Of a stretch of DNA of 64,000 nucleotides, positions 27,747-36,431 are shown in pieces (position 1 is the first letter of the stretch; each line of letters opens with the position of its first letter). Below the pieces are notes generated by a model. That model was not told the origin of the DNA and ran no database searches. It saw only the letters and a list, made by a program, of their open reading frames with translations. A program made the position numbers and the translations under genes. The stretch lies in NCBI GenBank assembly GCA_965225085.1, contig CBDDBE010000004.1, positions 24,897-88,896 of the forward strand, in the 5' to 3' direction. The DNA is from an uncultured Candidatus Saccharibacteria bacterium. Lineage in GTDB: Bacteria > Patescibacteriota > Saccharimonadia > Saccharimonadales > EFPC-124.

Positions 27747-27992
27747 TCAGGCACCTGCCGGGCCGTCGAGCTTACTGAACCGTCCGTTGCCGTTTGCTAG
27801 GATTTCCGCCAGCGCTCGGTCGACTTGGGCCTCGGTAACGAAGGAACAGAATGTCACAACCGCCACGGCACCCGAAAGGTGGATGTCGTGAATGCTGCCC
27901 GCGTGGTGACCGGCTGCTCGTTTGATCTCGCTGCCAAGCGTGCTGTTGTCGACATTGAGTGTCCGAACGGGCCAGTCTTTCATTGAGGTCAT
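27747..27992 (-). CDS. hypothetical small protein (81 aa)
   Basis: A hairpin (27712-27740) begins 6 nt after the stop. The C-terminal AVAVVTFCSFVTEAQVDRALAEIL segment resembles HFILTFTADERVDAVVSEAL of the neighbouring ORF. Confidence 0.4.
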   Translation of the reverse strand: MTSMKDWPVRTLNVDNSTLGSEIKRAAGHHAGSIHDIHLSGAVAVVTFCSFVTEAQVDRALAEILANGNGRFSKLDGPAGA

Positions 27993-28105
27993 TACCCCTC
28001 CATCAGTAGTTCTGATCTTCCTGGCGATTATCGCACGCTTACTGGAGTGACGTCAAAGCGTGTGAAAGGCCCCTCACGATTGATCCGGCTGTCACCATGA
28101 AGGGC

Positions 28106-28378
28106 CTACATTAGAATGGATGGCCAGCGGGTTAGGAAGCCGGGCTGCTTTAGCGCTTCGCTCACCACGGCGTCGACCCGCTCGTCAGCGGTAAACGTAA
28201 GGATGAAGTGCTGTCCGTCAAAGAACACCTCCCTCAGGAGCTCCCACCCCACGCTTCCAAGTGCCTGAGAGAGCTCTTTCACCCCTATCCCATATCGAAC
28301 ACCGATGATTCGGATAACGGTTGGCGAGCCGTTTTGGTCTTGCTCGTAGGACGAAGATTCGTTTGTGGTGGGCTCCAT
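28106..28378 (-). CDS. hypothetical small protein (90 aa)
   Basis: ATG at 28378 (MEPTTNESS) preferred, because the longer listed form would run through the nusG terminator. Possible distant paralog of 27747-27992. Confidence 0.4.
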   Translation of the reverse strand: MEPTTNESSSYEQDQNGSPTVIRIIGVRYGIGVKELSQALGSVGWELLREVFFDGQHFILTFTADERVDAVVSEALKQPGFLTRWPSILM

Positions 28379-28451
28379 AGCCTTACCCCTCTCGTGCGGT
28401 CCGTGCGGTGTAGTATACTCCGCTGATGCTATTTCTGAAACAATAATTTTG

Positions 28452-28488
28452 ATGCAAAAACAAGCAACCTGGCACATACCAGGTTGCT
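28452..28488 (-). terminator. rho-independent terminator downstream of nusG
   Basis: AGCAACCTGG (28463-72) pairs with CCAGGTTGCT (28479-88). On the minus strand it is followed by TGTTTTTG. Confidence 0.6.
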
Positions 28489-28512
28489 CATGATGTAGCT
28501 AGCGTGATGTAT

Positions 28513-29058
28513 CTAAACTTTCTTGACCTGCAGCGCGTCAAGCTCGACGGGGGTGTCACGGCCAAACATGCTGACCAGGACTTTGATCTTACCCTTTTGG
28601 GTGTCGATTTCGTTGATGGCGCCATCGAAGCCCTTGAACGGACCGTCGATAATGCTGACAACCTCGCCAACGCTAAAGTCGATGTGGTGCTTTGGTTCGG
28701 CAACGCCCATGCGCTTCTTGATTTTGGTCATTTCTTCTTCGCTGACCGGTGATGGTTCTGTGCCGCTGCCTACAAAACCAGTCACGCCAGGCGTGTTACG
28801 GATAATGTACCAGGCGTCTTCGCTCATCTTTAGCTCAACCAGGACGTAGCCTTGGAAGATTTTCTTTTCGACAATTTTGCGCTTGCCGTTTTTGATCTCG
28901 ATTTGTTTTTCCTTCGGGACCATGACGTCAAAGATCTTGTCGGCCATGTCGACTGAATCGACACGCTGGCGAATGCTGTCGGCTACCTTCTCTTCGTAGC
29001 CCGAGTATGTGTGGACTGCATACCACAGACGAGTTGAGTCGTATCGTTGGTTGCTCAT
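28513..29058 (-). CDS. nusG: transcription termination/antitermination factor NusG
   Basis: WYAVHTYSGYEEKV NGN domain and C-terminal KOW (GEVVSIIDGPFKGFDGAINEID). 181 aa. Confidence 0.95.
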   Translation of the reverse strand: MSNQRYDSTRLWYAVHTYSGYEEKVADSIRQRVDSVDMADKIFDVMVPKEKQIEIKNGKRKIVEKKIFQGYVLVELKMSEDAWYIIRNTPGVTGFVGSGTEPSPVSEEEMTKIKKRMGVAEPKHHIDFSVGEVVSIIDGPFKGFDGAINEIDTQKGKIKVLVSMFGRDTPVELDALQVKKV

Positions 29059-29333
29059 TATAGAATAATCCTCTTAAATAGTTGTTCGAATCCGATGTCA
29101 AGTAGCAGAATAAACACAGCTAGTACCACGGTAAATACCATGACGGCCAGCGTCATACCCCACGTAGCTCTCCGGGTTGGCCAGCTAACCTCTCGCAGCT
29201 CCCGCCAACTACCGTAGAAATACCCTCCGATTGCGCGAATCCAGCGCGGCATTGAAACGCCACGAGCAAGCTTGCCTTTACCCGAAATGTTGACGCGTTT
29301 TTTGAGGACGCCTCGCTTCTTTTGCTCAGCCAC
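29058..29333 (-). CDS. secE: preprotein translocase subunit SecE
   Basis: 91 aa with a basic N-terminus, ELREVSWPTR motif and a single C-terminal TM segment. The stop overlaps the nusG ATG (TAATG). Confidence 0.85.
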   Translation of the reverse strand: MAEQKKRGVLKKRVNISGKGKLARGVSMPRWIRAIGGYFYGSWRELREVSWPTRRATWGMTLAVMVFTVVLAVFILLLDIGFEQLFKRIIL

Positions 29334-29408
29334 AGAATTCTCTCCAAATTTAAAAGCCTACTAAGTCGTAGGCGTCTGTTGTCAATATATACCAGATGTG
29401 GGACGCCG

Positions 29409-31034
29409 TCAAGGCTGGCTGTAGTTGAGCCTGTATATAGTAGTCATGGATGTGCTGCCGGGAGTCGGAAAGGCGCTAATTGGTGTGAAGTGCTGAGTGA
29501 TGAGCCTGGCAAAGCGCTGATCGGTATCGCGAGTGTGGTAATCGATCAGATAACTCACGCCGGCTGCGCGCACCTGGGCGATGTATGAGGTCTCGCTGCC
29601 GATGGCGGGCGTCTCCAGCACTCCATAGCAGCGGAGTTTCAGGTAATAACAGGGGTAATATTCGGCAAAATTATCGGCCATCACCTTCGCACCCTCAGGG
29701 ATAATCGCGCCAATGCGCGTGGATTGGTCGTAACTGCGTGTTGCGCCCTGGTGGGCGTCAGAAATCTGCTGAGGCAGCAGGATGAAGCTGGCCAGCAATA
29801 CGATTATGAGCCCAATGGTAATTTGTAGTTTCGTCATGAGACGGCTTCGTTCTGCCTCCCCTACCCACAGCCCCAAGCTGATAAGACCAAATATAGTGAG
29901 GCTCCACAGATATCTCGGCTCGATGAGTACTAGCGAATACCCAAGCGTTTCGATGCCCCCTACGAGCGCCATTAACCTGTACAATCGACGATGTCGTCGC
30001 CCAAAACAACCCAGCACAACCAGGATGACTCCGGCCGATACTGCCGCGCCCGAGCTGATGATAGCCAGCCGGGCAAGGTCGAGGTTATGCCATACAATTC
30101 GCTGCAAGAAGTAATCGCGATTGCTGGCCGAACCAAGGGGGCTCCACGGTTGCATCATCGGTACCAGATACGTTGGATCTTCCCAGGCGGTCGGAGCAGT
30201 GTCATTCGGTGGCGTGAGTGGGCCTTTTTCGAGGATGGGATGGTCACCTTGGACCACTGGCCCGAAAGCCCGTTGGTTGTAGGCGCCGGCGCTGCTGATG
30301 GTGAAATGGTGATATTTGACACTCAGCAGCAAAATGAATGGTATGACCAGCAGACAGAAGGCGGTCATGGTTGGCGCGAACTGCCTGAGGACAACGCTAA
30401 ATCTTCGTTGACGTATCCATTGCCACGCAATGACGCCGCCGAGAATAGCGACGAATAGGTAAAATCCAAACCCTTTGCAAAAGTACATCAGCGCGCCGAT
30501 GCAGCCAATTGCGACGCCCGCACGCACCGTCGGTCGGTCAACAAAACGTTCGAGCATGATGGTAATAGTGACGATCAGTAGCGCCATGATAAGATCTGGC
30601 GTGATAGCCCCCGCTAGGATCCAGTTGGTGAACAGCGGCGCCATAAACGTCGATACGCCAGTTGCAATGCGCACGCTAACAGCGTGTCGACGCAGCAAAG
30701 TGTATACCTGAGCGAGTATTCCGGTTGCTGCCGCGATATTAACAAGTCGAGCGGCGACCCCGAGGTCGACATGGAACCACACTGCCGGAACCAACAGCCA
30801 GGATAGCAGCGGTCCCCAATAGCCGTTCAGAGCATGCCGGTCGAACCGAGCGTACTTTTCGGCGATGCTAAAATATGACGTTGCATCGGGATTGATCTGA
30901 TGGGCGAACCACAGGACCGAATACACGGCAGTAATTACGACGAAAGTTGCACATAATGCTACGAATGCAGTATTCGCGCGTCCTGCCTTGAGCCAGTTTT
31001 GCAGAGTCCTGCTGATGTGACGACTATTCCCCAT
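29409..31034 (-). CDS. polytopic membrane protein, GT-C fold glycosyltransferase-like
   Basis: Many TM segments plus a C-terminal soluble domain. The N-terminal DATSYFSIAEKY region resembles ArnT/PMT_2-type enzymes. Tentative. Confidence 0.5.
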   Translation of the reverse strand: MGNSRHISRTLQNWLKAGRANTAFVALCATFVVITAVYSVLWFAHQINPDATSYFSIAEKYARFDRHALNGYWGPLLSWLLVPAVWFHVDLGVAARLVNIAAATGILAQVYTLLRRHAVSVRIATGVSTFMAPLFTNWILAGAITPDLIMALLIVTITIMLERFVDRPTVRAGVAIGCIGALMYFCKGFGFYLFVAILGGVIAWQWIRQRRFSVVLRQFAPTMTAFCLLVIPFILLLSVKYHHFTISSAGAYNQRAFGPVVQGDHPILEKGPLTPPNDTAPTAWEDPTYLVPMMQPWSPLGSASNRDYFLQRIVWHNLDLARLAIISSGAAVSAGVILVVLGCFGRRHRRLYRLMALVGGIETLGYSLVLIEPRYLWSLTIFGLISLGLWVGEAERSRLMTKLQITIGLIIVLLASFILLPQQISDAHQGATRSYDQSTRIGAIIPEGAKVMADNFAEYYPCYYLKLRCYGVLETPAIGSETSYIAQVRAAGVSYLIDYHTRDTDQRFARLITQHFTPISAFPTPGSTSMTTIYRLNYSQP

Positions 31035-31133
31035 AAGTATGCCTTTTATTGTAGGTACTTCGGAACTGAATTCAAGTATAAGTTCGGTGGGGGCCCAGCC
31101 CAGACGCGGGTGCGCCGGGCTGGGCTGGATGGG

Positions 31134-31577
31134 TCAGGATTGGTCGGTGGGCCGGCTCCTAGCCCAGACGCGCTTCTCCCTGGCTAATCTTGTGAACAAC
31201 GGAGCTAAGGCCGCCCTGATTGGACCTTCTTCCTCTCTGGTCAGCACCGTTCGGGTCACCAGGTTGGCGATCTGGGAAGTGATGCTGTCCACATAAGGCC
31301 CAGAACACAAAATGCTGAATGTACCCTCGATCTTGCCTTGGTAGAGTCGGATCGTTAGGTCGTCGTCTGTTTCTGGTGAGTGGTCGAGGGCAGAGTCTGG
31401 CATCTGAAGTGTAACGGTGATCTGAATCGACCGACCGATGCCAGCGAGACCACGTCCTCCGCCATGGTAGACGATACTTGCAGCCTCGAACCCAAAGTTC
31501 CTAAGGTCTGGATCCGCGACGAGAACATTGATCGTCTTGAAGGCGGGCCCGGGCCCCGTTGACGGCTGTTGGGACAT
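31134..31577 (-). CDS. hypothetical protein (147 aa)
   Basis: GC-rich ORF. The GCCCAGCCC/GGGCTGGGC hairpin (31092-31124) lies 10 nt after the stop. No recognisable domain. Confidence 0.4.
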   Translation of the reverse strand: MSQQPSTGPGPAFKTINVLVADPDLRNFGFEAASIVYHGGGRGLAGIGRSIQITVTLQMPDSALDHSPETDDDLTIRLYQGKIEGTFSILCSGPYVDSITSQIANLVTRTVLTREEEGPIRAALAPLFTRLAREKRVWARSRPTDQS

Positions 31578-31683
31578 TGATTTCCTGCTTTCATCCGATG
31601 GACGGTGAACCTCAGTATTAAAACGCGCTCGGCCATGCCCGTCAACACCAATGAGGTTAATCTGGCCGTGATACTATGAATGT

Positions 31684-33180
31684 ATGAGCATAAGCTTCTA
31701 CTTGTGGATATGGCCCACGTTGGTTGCTTTTTTGGTGCTGCTGGGCGTGAGTCATTCGGCGTGGGCATGGGCACAACGGCGTCTGCTGGCTGAAGCGGCC
31801 ATTGGGCTACTGTTGGCGGGTGCGCCATTTTTGATTATGGCTGAGTTCGGTTTGGTGGCGCACATACTACTCGATCTGGCTCAGGCGTGGGGTATTCTGT
31901 TGGGCGCGCGGTTGATATTTGGCCGACTGCCAGAGGAGTTTTTGCGTCGAAGTACGCAGATGAACAGCGCAGTTGCACTGGGTATTTTTGTGGTGGCATT
32001 CGATGTGCGGTTGCTAGAGGGCCTGCTGGGCATACCAACACTGTCGACGCGCAAGGTCGTGGTGGTGGCGCTACTATTCTCGATCGTGGTAGGGATTGGT
32101 TTTTTGTATCAGATACTATGGACGCTCAAGCATTATCGATTGCGCCAGGTTGAGCGACCGAAAGGACTGCGTGATCTGCCGACGGTGACGCTGGCAATCC
32201 CCGCACGCAACGAGACGCACGCCCTGGAGGCGTGTTTGCAAGCAGCGCTGGCTAGCACCTATCCCAAGCTGGAGGTTATAGTGCTGGACGATTGCTCGCA
32301 GGACAGGACCTCCGAGATTATTCGAAGTTTTGCGCATGATGGCGTACGGTTTGTGCAGGGCGACGTGCCGGCCGAAGGGTGGTTGGGGAAGAATCAAGCT
32401 CAGCGTACGTTGGCCGAGCAGGCTAGCGGCGATTTTATAATCTTTATGGATGTCGACACACATGTGGCGCCACAAAGTATTGGTGTGTTGATCGGATATG
32501 TCCTGGCGAATAAGCTCGACATGATGACGGTCCTACCCCAACGCCGCGATGATTGGAGCCTGGCTACCGTACTCACCTACCTGCGGTATTTTTGGCAGAT
32601 TGCCCTGCCTGTCACCGCCAGGCGTGTTCCGGTTGCCAGTCAGCTATGGCTTATCCGTCGCAAGACACTTGCCAAGCTTGGTGGATTTGACGCCGTCCGG
32701 CAAAAGATCGCCCCGGAAGGATTCTTTGCTCGCCGTCTCATTACCAACGACGCATATCGGTTTATTATCAGTAGCCCGGACCTTGGGGTTACGACAGCCA
32801 AGCGCTGGACCAGCCAGGTCGAGACCGCGATTCGGTTTCTGTACCCGACGTTCAAGCGGCAGCCGTTTGCTATATTGCTTGCTTGGGTGCTGCTAGGTGG
32901 GCTGATGATAACGCCGTTTGTAGCCCTAGCTGAGGTGTCGCATGACGTGCAGCTATTCGGGCTTGCTGCGTTGGCCGCCGCAGTGCTGTGGTTAGATTAT
33001 TCATTGGTCGCCGTGCGTACCCATCCGACGTCGTGGATTGTGACGGTGCTGTGCTTGCCTTTTGCGCTTGTGCAAGAGTTAGTGTTGCTGCTCGCCAGCA
33101 TGGTGGTCTACGAATTCGGCAACGTCAACTGGAAAGGCCGCAACGTTTGCTATCCGGTTATCCATCCGAATCAGAAATAA
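31684..33180 (+). CDS. membrane-embedded family 2 glycosyltransferase
   Basis: N- and C-terminal TM bundles flank a GT-A domain (VTLAIPARNE, VLDDCSQD, FMDVDT). A KRW segment is reminiscent of the QxxRW motif of processive synthases, but this is weak. Confidence 0.8.
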   Translation: MSISFYLWIWPTLVAFLVLLGVSHSAWAWAQRRLLAEAAIGLLLAGAPFLIMAEFGLVAHILLDLAQAWGILLGARLIFGRLPEEFLRRSTQMNSAVALGIFVVAFDVRLLEGLLGIPTLSTRKVVVVALLFSIVVGIGFLYQILWTLKHYRLRQVERPKGLRDLPTVTLAIPARNETHALEACLQAALASTYPKLEVIVLDDCSQDRTSEIIRSFAHDGVRFVQGDVPAEGWLGKNQAQRTLAEQASGDFIIFMDVDTHVAPQSIGVLIGYVLANKLDMMTVLPQRRDDWSLATVLTYLRYFWQIALPVTARRVPVASQLWLIRRKTLAKLGGFDAVRQKIAPEGFFARRLITNDAYRFIISSPDLGVTTAKRWTSQVETAIRFLYPTFKRQPFAILLAWVLLGGLMITPFVALAEVSHDVQLFGLAALAAAVLWLDYSLVAVRTHPTSWIVTVLCLPFALVQELVLLLASMVVYEFGNVNWKGRNVCYPVIHPNQK

Positions 33181-33183
33181 CGC

Positions 33184-34830
33184 TTAGGGTTTCTTTATTT
33201 TCGCTTGAGGCTTGGTCGGGACGACAATGCTGAACGTCGAACCATGGTTGAGCCGCGATTCAAATCCTATCTGCACGCCCATCTTGGCTGCGAGCTTATG
33301 GGTAACGTACAGACCCAATCCCGTGCCGTTCGTCTCGCGGGTGCGGTAGTCCTCCGAGCGGTAGAATTTCTCGAAGATGTGCCGTTGGTCGCTTTTGCTA
33401 ATGCCGATACCTGTGTCGCGAACCCCGAGGTAGACGCCGCCTTTGGTATTGTGTGCGATAAGCGTCACGCTACCGCTGATAGTATATTTGAGGGCGTTCG
33501 TCATGAAGTTCTGCAGGATTTCCTCTAGGTAGAGGCGGCTGGCAGTCAGGTGCGGCAGCTGCGGCTGAACGTCGAGGTCGAGGGCTAGCCCTTTTAGGTG
33601 CGCATCGTCGAGGTAGTTGTGATATATCTCGCTCACGAGTCGTGAAAGGTCTATTTCCTCAACCGCACTATCAAGCCCGCGCTCGGCGCGCGACAGCGTA
33701 CTGAGGTCGTTGACCATCTTGGCCAGGTACATGATTTGGTCGTGGGCATCATCCAGCGCGTGGTTCAGGACATCTTTGGCCGCGCCGCGGTCCTGCAGGA
33801 TGCGCAGGTTGCTGATGTTTCCTTCTACGATTGCCACCGGTGTTCGCAGCTCATGGCTGACCACCGAAATGAATTCGTCGCGCTCTTCCTCAAGCGATTT
33901 TTCCTTGGTGATGTCGCGCAAGATGAAGATAAAGCCCTTGTCGCCTGCGTTCTGATAGCTCAGCTGAATGGGCGATACGTTGAGATACAGATTCATACGT
34001 TCGCCGTCATTGAATTTGTGGGTCAGATCGGTTCGTGAAAAGCTGATGTGCTTGGTGTTGGCTTGGTCTATTATGCGGATTCGCGCGTCATTCGGCGAGT
34101 ACAGGTGCAGTATGCGGTCGATTTTTTTGTTCGTCAGGCTCACGTTGGTATCTAGCAGGTTTAGCGCCGCGGCGTTATAGATTTTTATATTCCCCTGCTC
34201 GTCGGTGCCGATAACTGCATCACCCATGCTATTGACCAGCGCCAGCAGCCGTTCGCGTTGAAAGTTTTCATCGCGTTGGCTTTTGATAAGGGCAAAGCGC
34301 TCTTTATCGGTGATGATGCGGATACGCGACACCGTAAAGCCCACACTGGTGATGAACAGGCAGTACAGAATCGTCGTAGAGATATTTGCCGTATACCACC
34401 CGCTGATCGTCAGGCTGGCAACCCCTGTACCCACCAACGTCAACATGCTCAGCAGCAAACCGGTAATGCCAAAGTACGTGTCTACCGCAAGCATCAGCGC
34501 TACCCAACAGACGATAATTGGCGACTGAAAGCCGGTAATAGTCAGCACGAATATAACACTTATAATATGATACGCAATTGCGATAAGCAGATAATTCTTG
34601 CGCGTTGGCCACTGTCGAATGATGAAGTATTGTGCCGTAGCTAAGCCCAAAAAGACAATGCACAGCGACACATACCACGTATCGCCCAGGTAAAATGTAC
34701 GGTCCAGATAGCCTTGCCGCACCAACAGCCCAATTGGTGCAACGGCCAGCGGTAAAAGCGTGGCGGCTGTTCGTAGCACGCGCATGACGTCCAGAGAGTA
34801 TGCATTGCCTTCGGCGACAGAACGTTTCAT
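33184..34830 (-). CDS. sensor histidine kinase (multi-TM sensor, PAS-like, HisKA, HATPase_c)
   Basis: H-box (FISVVSHELRTP), N-box (LQNFMTNALKYT), G1 (VRDTGIGI) and G2 (GTGLGL). No response regulator adjacent. Confidence 0.85.
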   Translation of the reverse strand: MKRSVAEGNAYSLDVMRVLRTAATLLPLAVAPIGLLVRQGYLDRTFYLGDTWYVSLCIVFLGLATAQYFIIRQWPTRKNYLLIAIAYHIISVIFVLTITGFQSPIIVCWVALMLAVDTYFGITGLLLSMLTLVGTGVASLTISGWYTANISTTILYCLFITSVGFTVSRIRIITDKERFALIKSQRDENFQRERLLALVNSMGDAVIGTDEQGNIKIYNAAALNLLDTNVSLTNKKIDRILHLYSPNDARIRIIDQANTKHISFSRTDLTHKFNDGERMNLYLNVSPIQLSYQNAGDKGFIFILRDITKEKSLEEERDEFISVVSHELRTPVAIVEGNISNLRILQDRGAAKDVLNHALDDAHDQIMYLAKMVNDLSTLSRAERGLDSAVEEIDLSRLVSEIYHNYLDDAHLKGLALDLDVQPQLPHLTASRLYLEEILQNFMTNALKYTISGSVTLIAHNTKGGVYLGVRDTGIGISKSDQRHIFEKFYRSEDYRTRETNGTGLGLYVTHKLAAKMGVQIGFESRLNHGSTFSIVVPTKPQAKIKKP

Positions 34831-34956
34831 TGCCTTTCATTATGGCATAGCTGGCCGCGCGAGGCCAATTGTGCTAGTGCTTGGCGAGTGCTACAATCAG
34901 GGCGAAAGCGTGAGAGGCTTTTCGAGGAAAAATAAAAACGAGAGGAAAAAAGAGCT

Positions 34957-35415
34957 ATGTGTGAGCCTGGTCTTTTGTATGCCCGTACGCCGGAGCAAAA
35001 ACGAGATCCGTTTTTGTCGTGGCGGCGCGATGACAAGGCATTTTTTGCGTCGGGAGCGTGTCATATCCTGGCGCACATGTTTCTGTCGCTGCATCCTGAT
35101 GAGGGGTTTGAGCTGATATACATTCGTCCCAAAGATGGTCTGCCTGGCAACCATTTGTATGCCAGCAACGGCATTTGGGCGTTCGATTTTAACGGCTGGA
35201 CGCACGAGGAAGAGCTGCTGAGCATGACCCGGCAGGCGTACCAACAGGAATACGAGGGGTGGGATTTTGAACGGCTGGTCATAGGCGAAGGCTTGCTTGC
35301 CTACATCGCACGCGGCGACCATAATCTGCGGCCACCAGAGTACTTCCCTTATTTGCCGTGGGAGCGTGCCTATGCGTATATACAGAGGTATGACGCGCGG
35401 CCACCATCGGATTAG
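34957..35415 (+). CDS. hypothetical protein (152 aa)
   Basis: Protein-like composition, unlike the 294-aa antisense ORF. No recognisable domain. Confidence 0.45.
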   Translation: MCEPGLLYARTPEQKRDPFLSWRRDDKAFFASGACHILAHMFLSLHPDEGFELIYIRPKDGLPGNHLYASNGIWAFDFNGWTHEEELLSMTRQAYQQEYEGWDFERLVIGEGLLAYIARGDHNLRPPEYFPYLPWERAYAYIQRYDARPPSD

Positions 35416-35490
35416 CTTGCGGTCTGTGCGGAGGTACGGTAGAATTCTTTGGTTGGGTTCCTTTCCTACTCTCCGCAAGGAGTAAGAGAA

Positions 35491-35754
35491 ATGACTGTAA
35501 TGGAGACGCCCTCGCTGAAGGGCCGGATCATGCAGGCGTTCAAGGCTGAGCCCGAGCCGAATGGCCGCACTCTCGTTCAGACGCTGGATCTTCTCCGGAT
35601 CGGCTACGACGAGACCATCAAGCTGCAGGTCGAGCAGACGCTGCGCGAGCTGGTCGGCGACGGCCTTCTGGCCATCAACCACGTCAAGGGCGACGGCCAG
35701 ACGTACTACCGGGTCCACACGAGCGACGCGGTGTACCGGGAGGCCGACGACTGA
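35491..35754 (+). CDS. hypothetical small protein, possibly winged-helix-like
   Basis: ATG at 35491 with AAGGAG (35477-82). The LRELVGDGLLAINHVKGDGQTYYRV segment resembles a wHTH wing. A strong terminator follows. Confidence 0.4.
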   Translation: MTVMETPSLKGRIMQAFKAEPEPNGRTLVQTLDLLRIGYDETIKLQVEQTLRELVGDGLLAINHVKGDGQTYYRVHTSDAVYREADD

Positions 35755-35760
35755 CCCTTT

Positions 35761-35803
35761 GGTGCTATGCGGGCGTTTCAATACGCCCGCATAGCACCTT
35801 TTT
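35761..35803 (+). terminator. rho-independent terminator
   Basis: Perfect 15-bp stem GGTGCTATGCGGGCG/CGCCCGCATAGCACC followed by TTTTT. Confidence 0.7.
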
Positions 35804-35898
35804 CATGTCCATAGATGCATAGTATTGACATAATATACAAGAAGTTTCACAATATATAATGTTGCGCGACCGATACCCAAGAATGTGAGGGATATGAT

Positions 35899-36102
35899 AT
35901 GTCCAGACCGGTAGCGTTCGTCCTCGGAGCAGTGTTGTTCCTTGGCGGGCTCTGGCTGCTGGCCATGAATTTCACGACCAGTTCAGCTGCGTCGGCCGTG
36001 GGCCTCGCTGCGTTGATCGTGGGAGGATTGCTAATCCTGTGGGCCGTTGCGGCCCGGAGTGACCGAGGCTCGCGGCAGTCAAACGGCAACGGGAAGGTGT
36101 AA
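35899..36102 (+). CDS. small two-TM membrane protein (67 aa)
   Basis: Two hydrophobic helices (VAFVLGAVLFLGGLWLLAM and VGLAALIVGGLLILWAVAA) and a basic C-terminal tail. Confidence 0.4.
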   Translation: MSRPVAFVLGAVLFLGGLWLLAMNFTTSSAASAVGLAALIVGGLLILWAVAARSDRGSRQSNGNGKV

Positions 36103-36332
36103 AAACCTGCCCACACGGGGAAACGGCCTCCCCCTCTGGCCCTTATCAGGCCAGAAAAATCCCTTCAGCGCGAAAGCGTTTGCGGGGACGGCCGTTTTTC
36201 ATTGCAAAAATATGGAACATAAGCATTGCATCTGCGGGCAACTATTGCTACCATGTGGCCTGTGCTAATGCCTTACTTGATAAGAAAATAATTGCACTTA
36301 TACTAAGAAATATGGAGAGAGGGTAAAATAGC

Positions 36333-36431
36333 ATGTCGCGATTGCCGCAACCGGGTTCTGACAACGGCGTCTGGGGGGATGTCCTCAATGATTTCTTGTT
36401 GCAAGAACACACTAGTGCTGGAGCGCTCAAG
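36333..36431 (+). repeat. conserved 33-aa N-terminal module, copy 2
   Basis: MSRLPQPGSDNGVWGDVLNDFLLQEHTSAGALK. Similarity to copy 1 continues to about residue 65 (KIRTDGT...KPSxGxPKxDLASxVQTSL). Confidence 0.85.

Noticed and set aside
28379-28477. The longer 123-aa form of the ORF next to nusG (start 28477).
   Set aside because: It would begin inside the nusG terminator hairpin, and its first 33 residues (MCQVACFCIKIIVSE...) look non-coding. The internal ATG at 28378 is preferred.
34897-35781. A 294-aa minus-strand ORF spanning two plus-strand ORFs.
   Set aside because: The Arg/Leu/Pro-rich composition is typical of the antisense frame of GC-rich coding DNA. The plus-strand ORFs have RBSs and a same-strand terminator.
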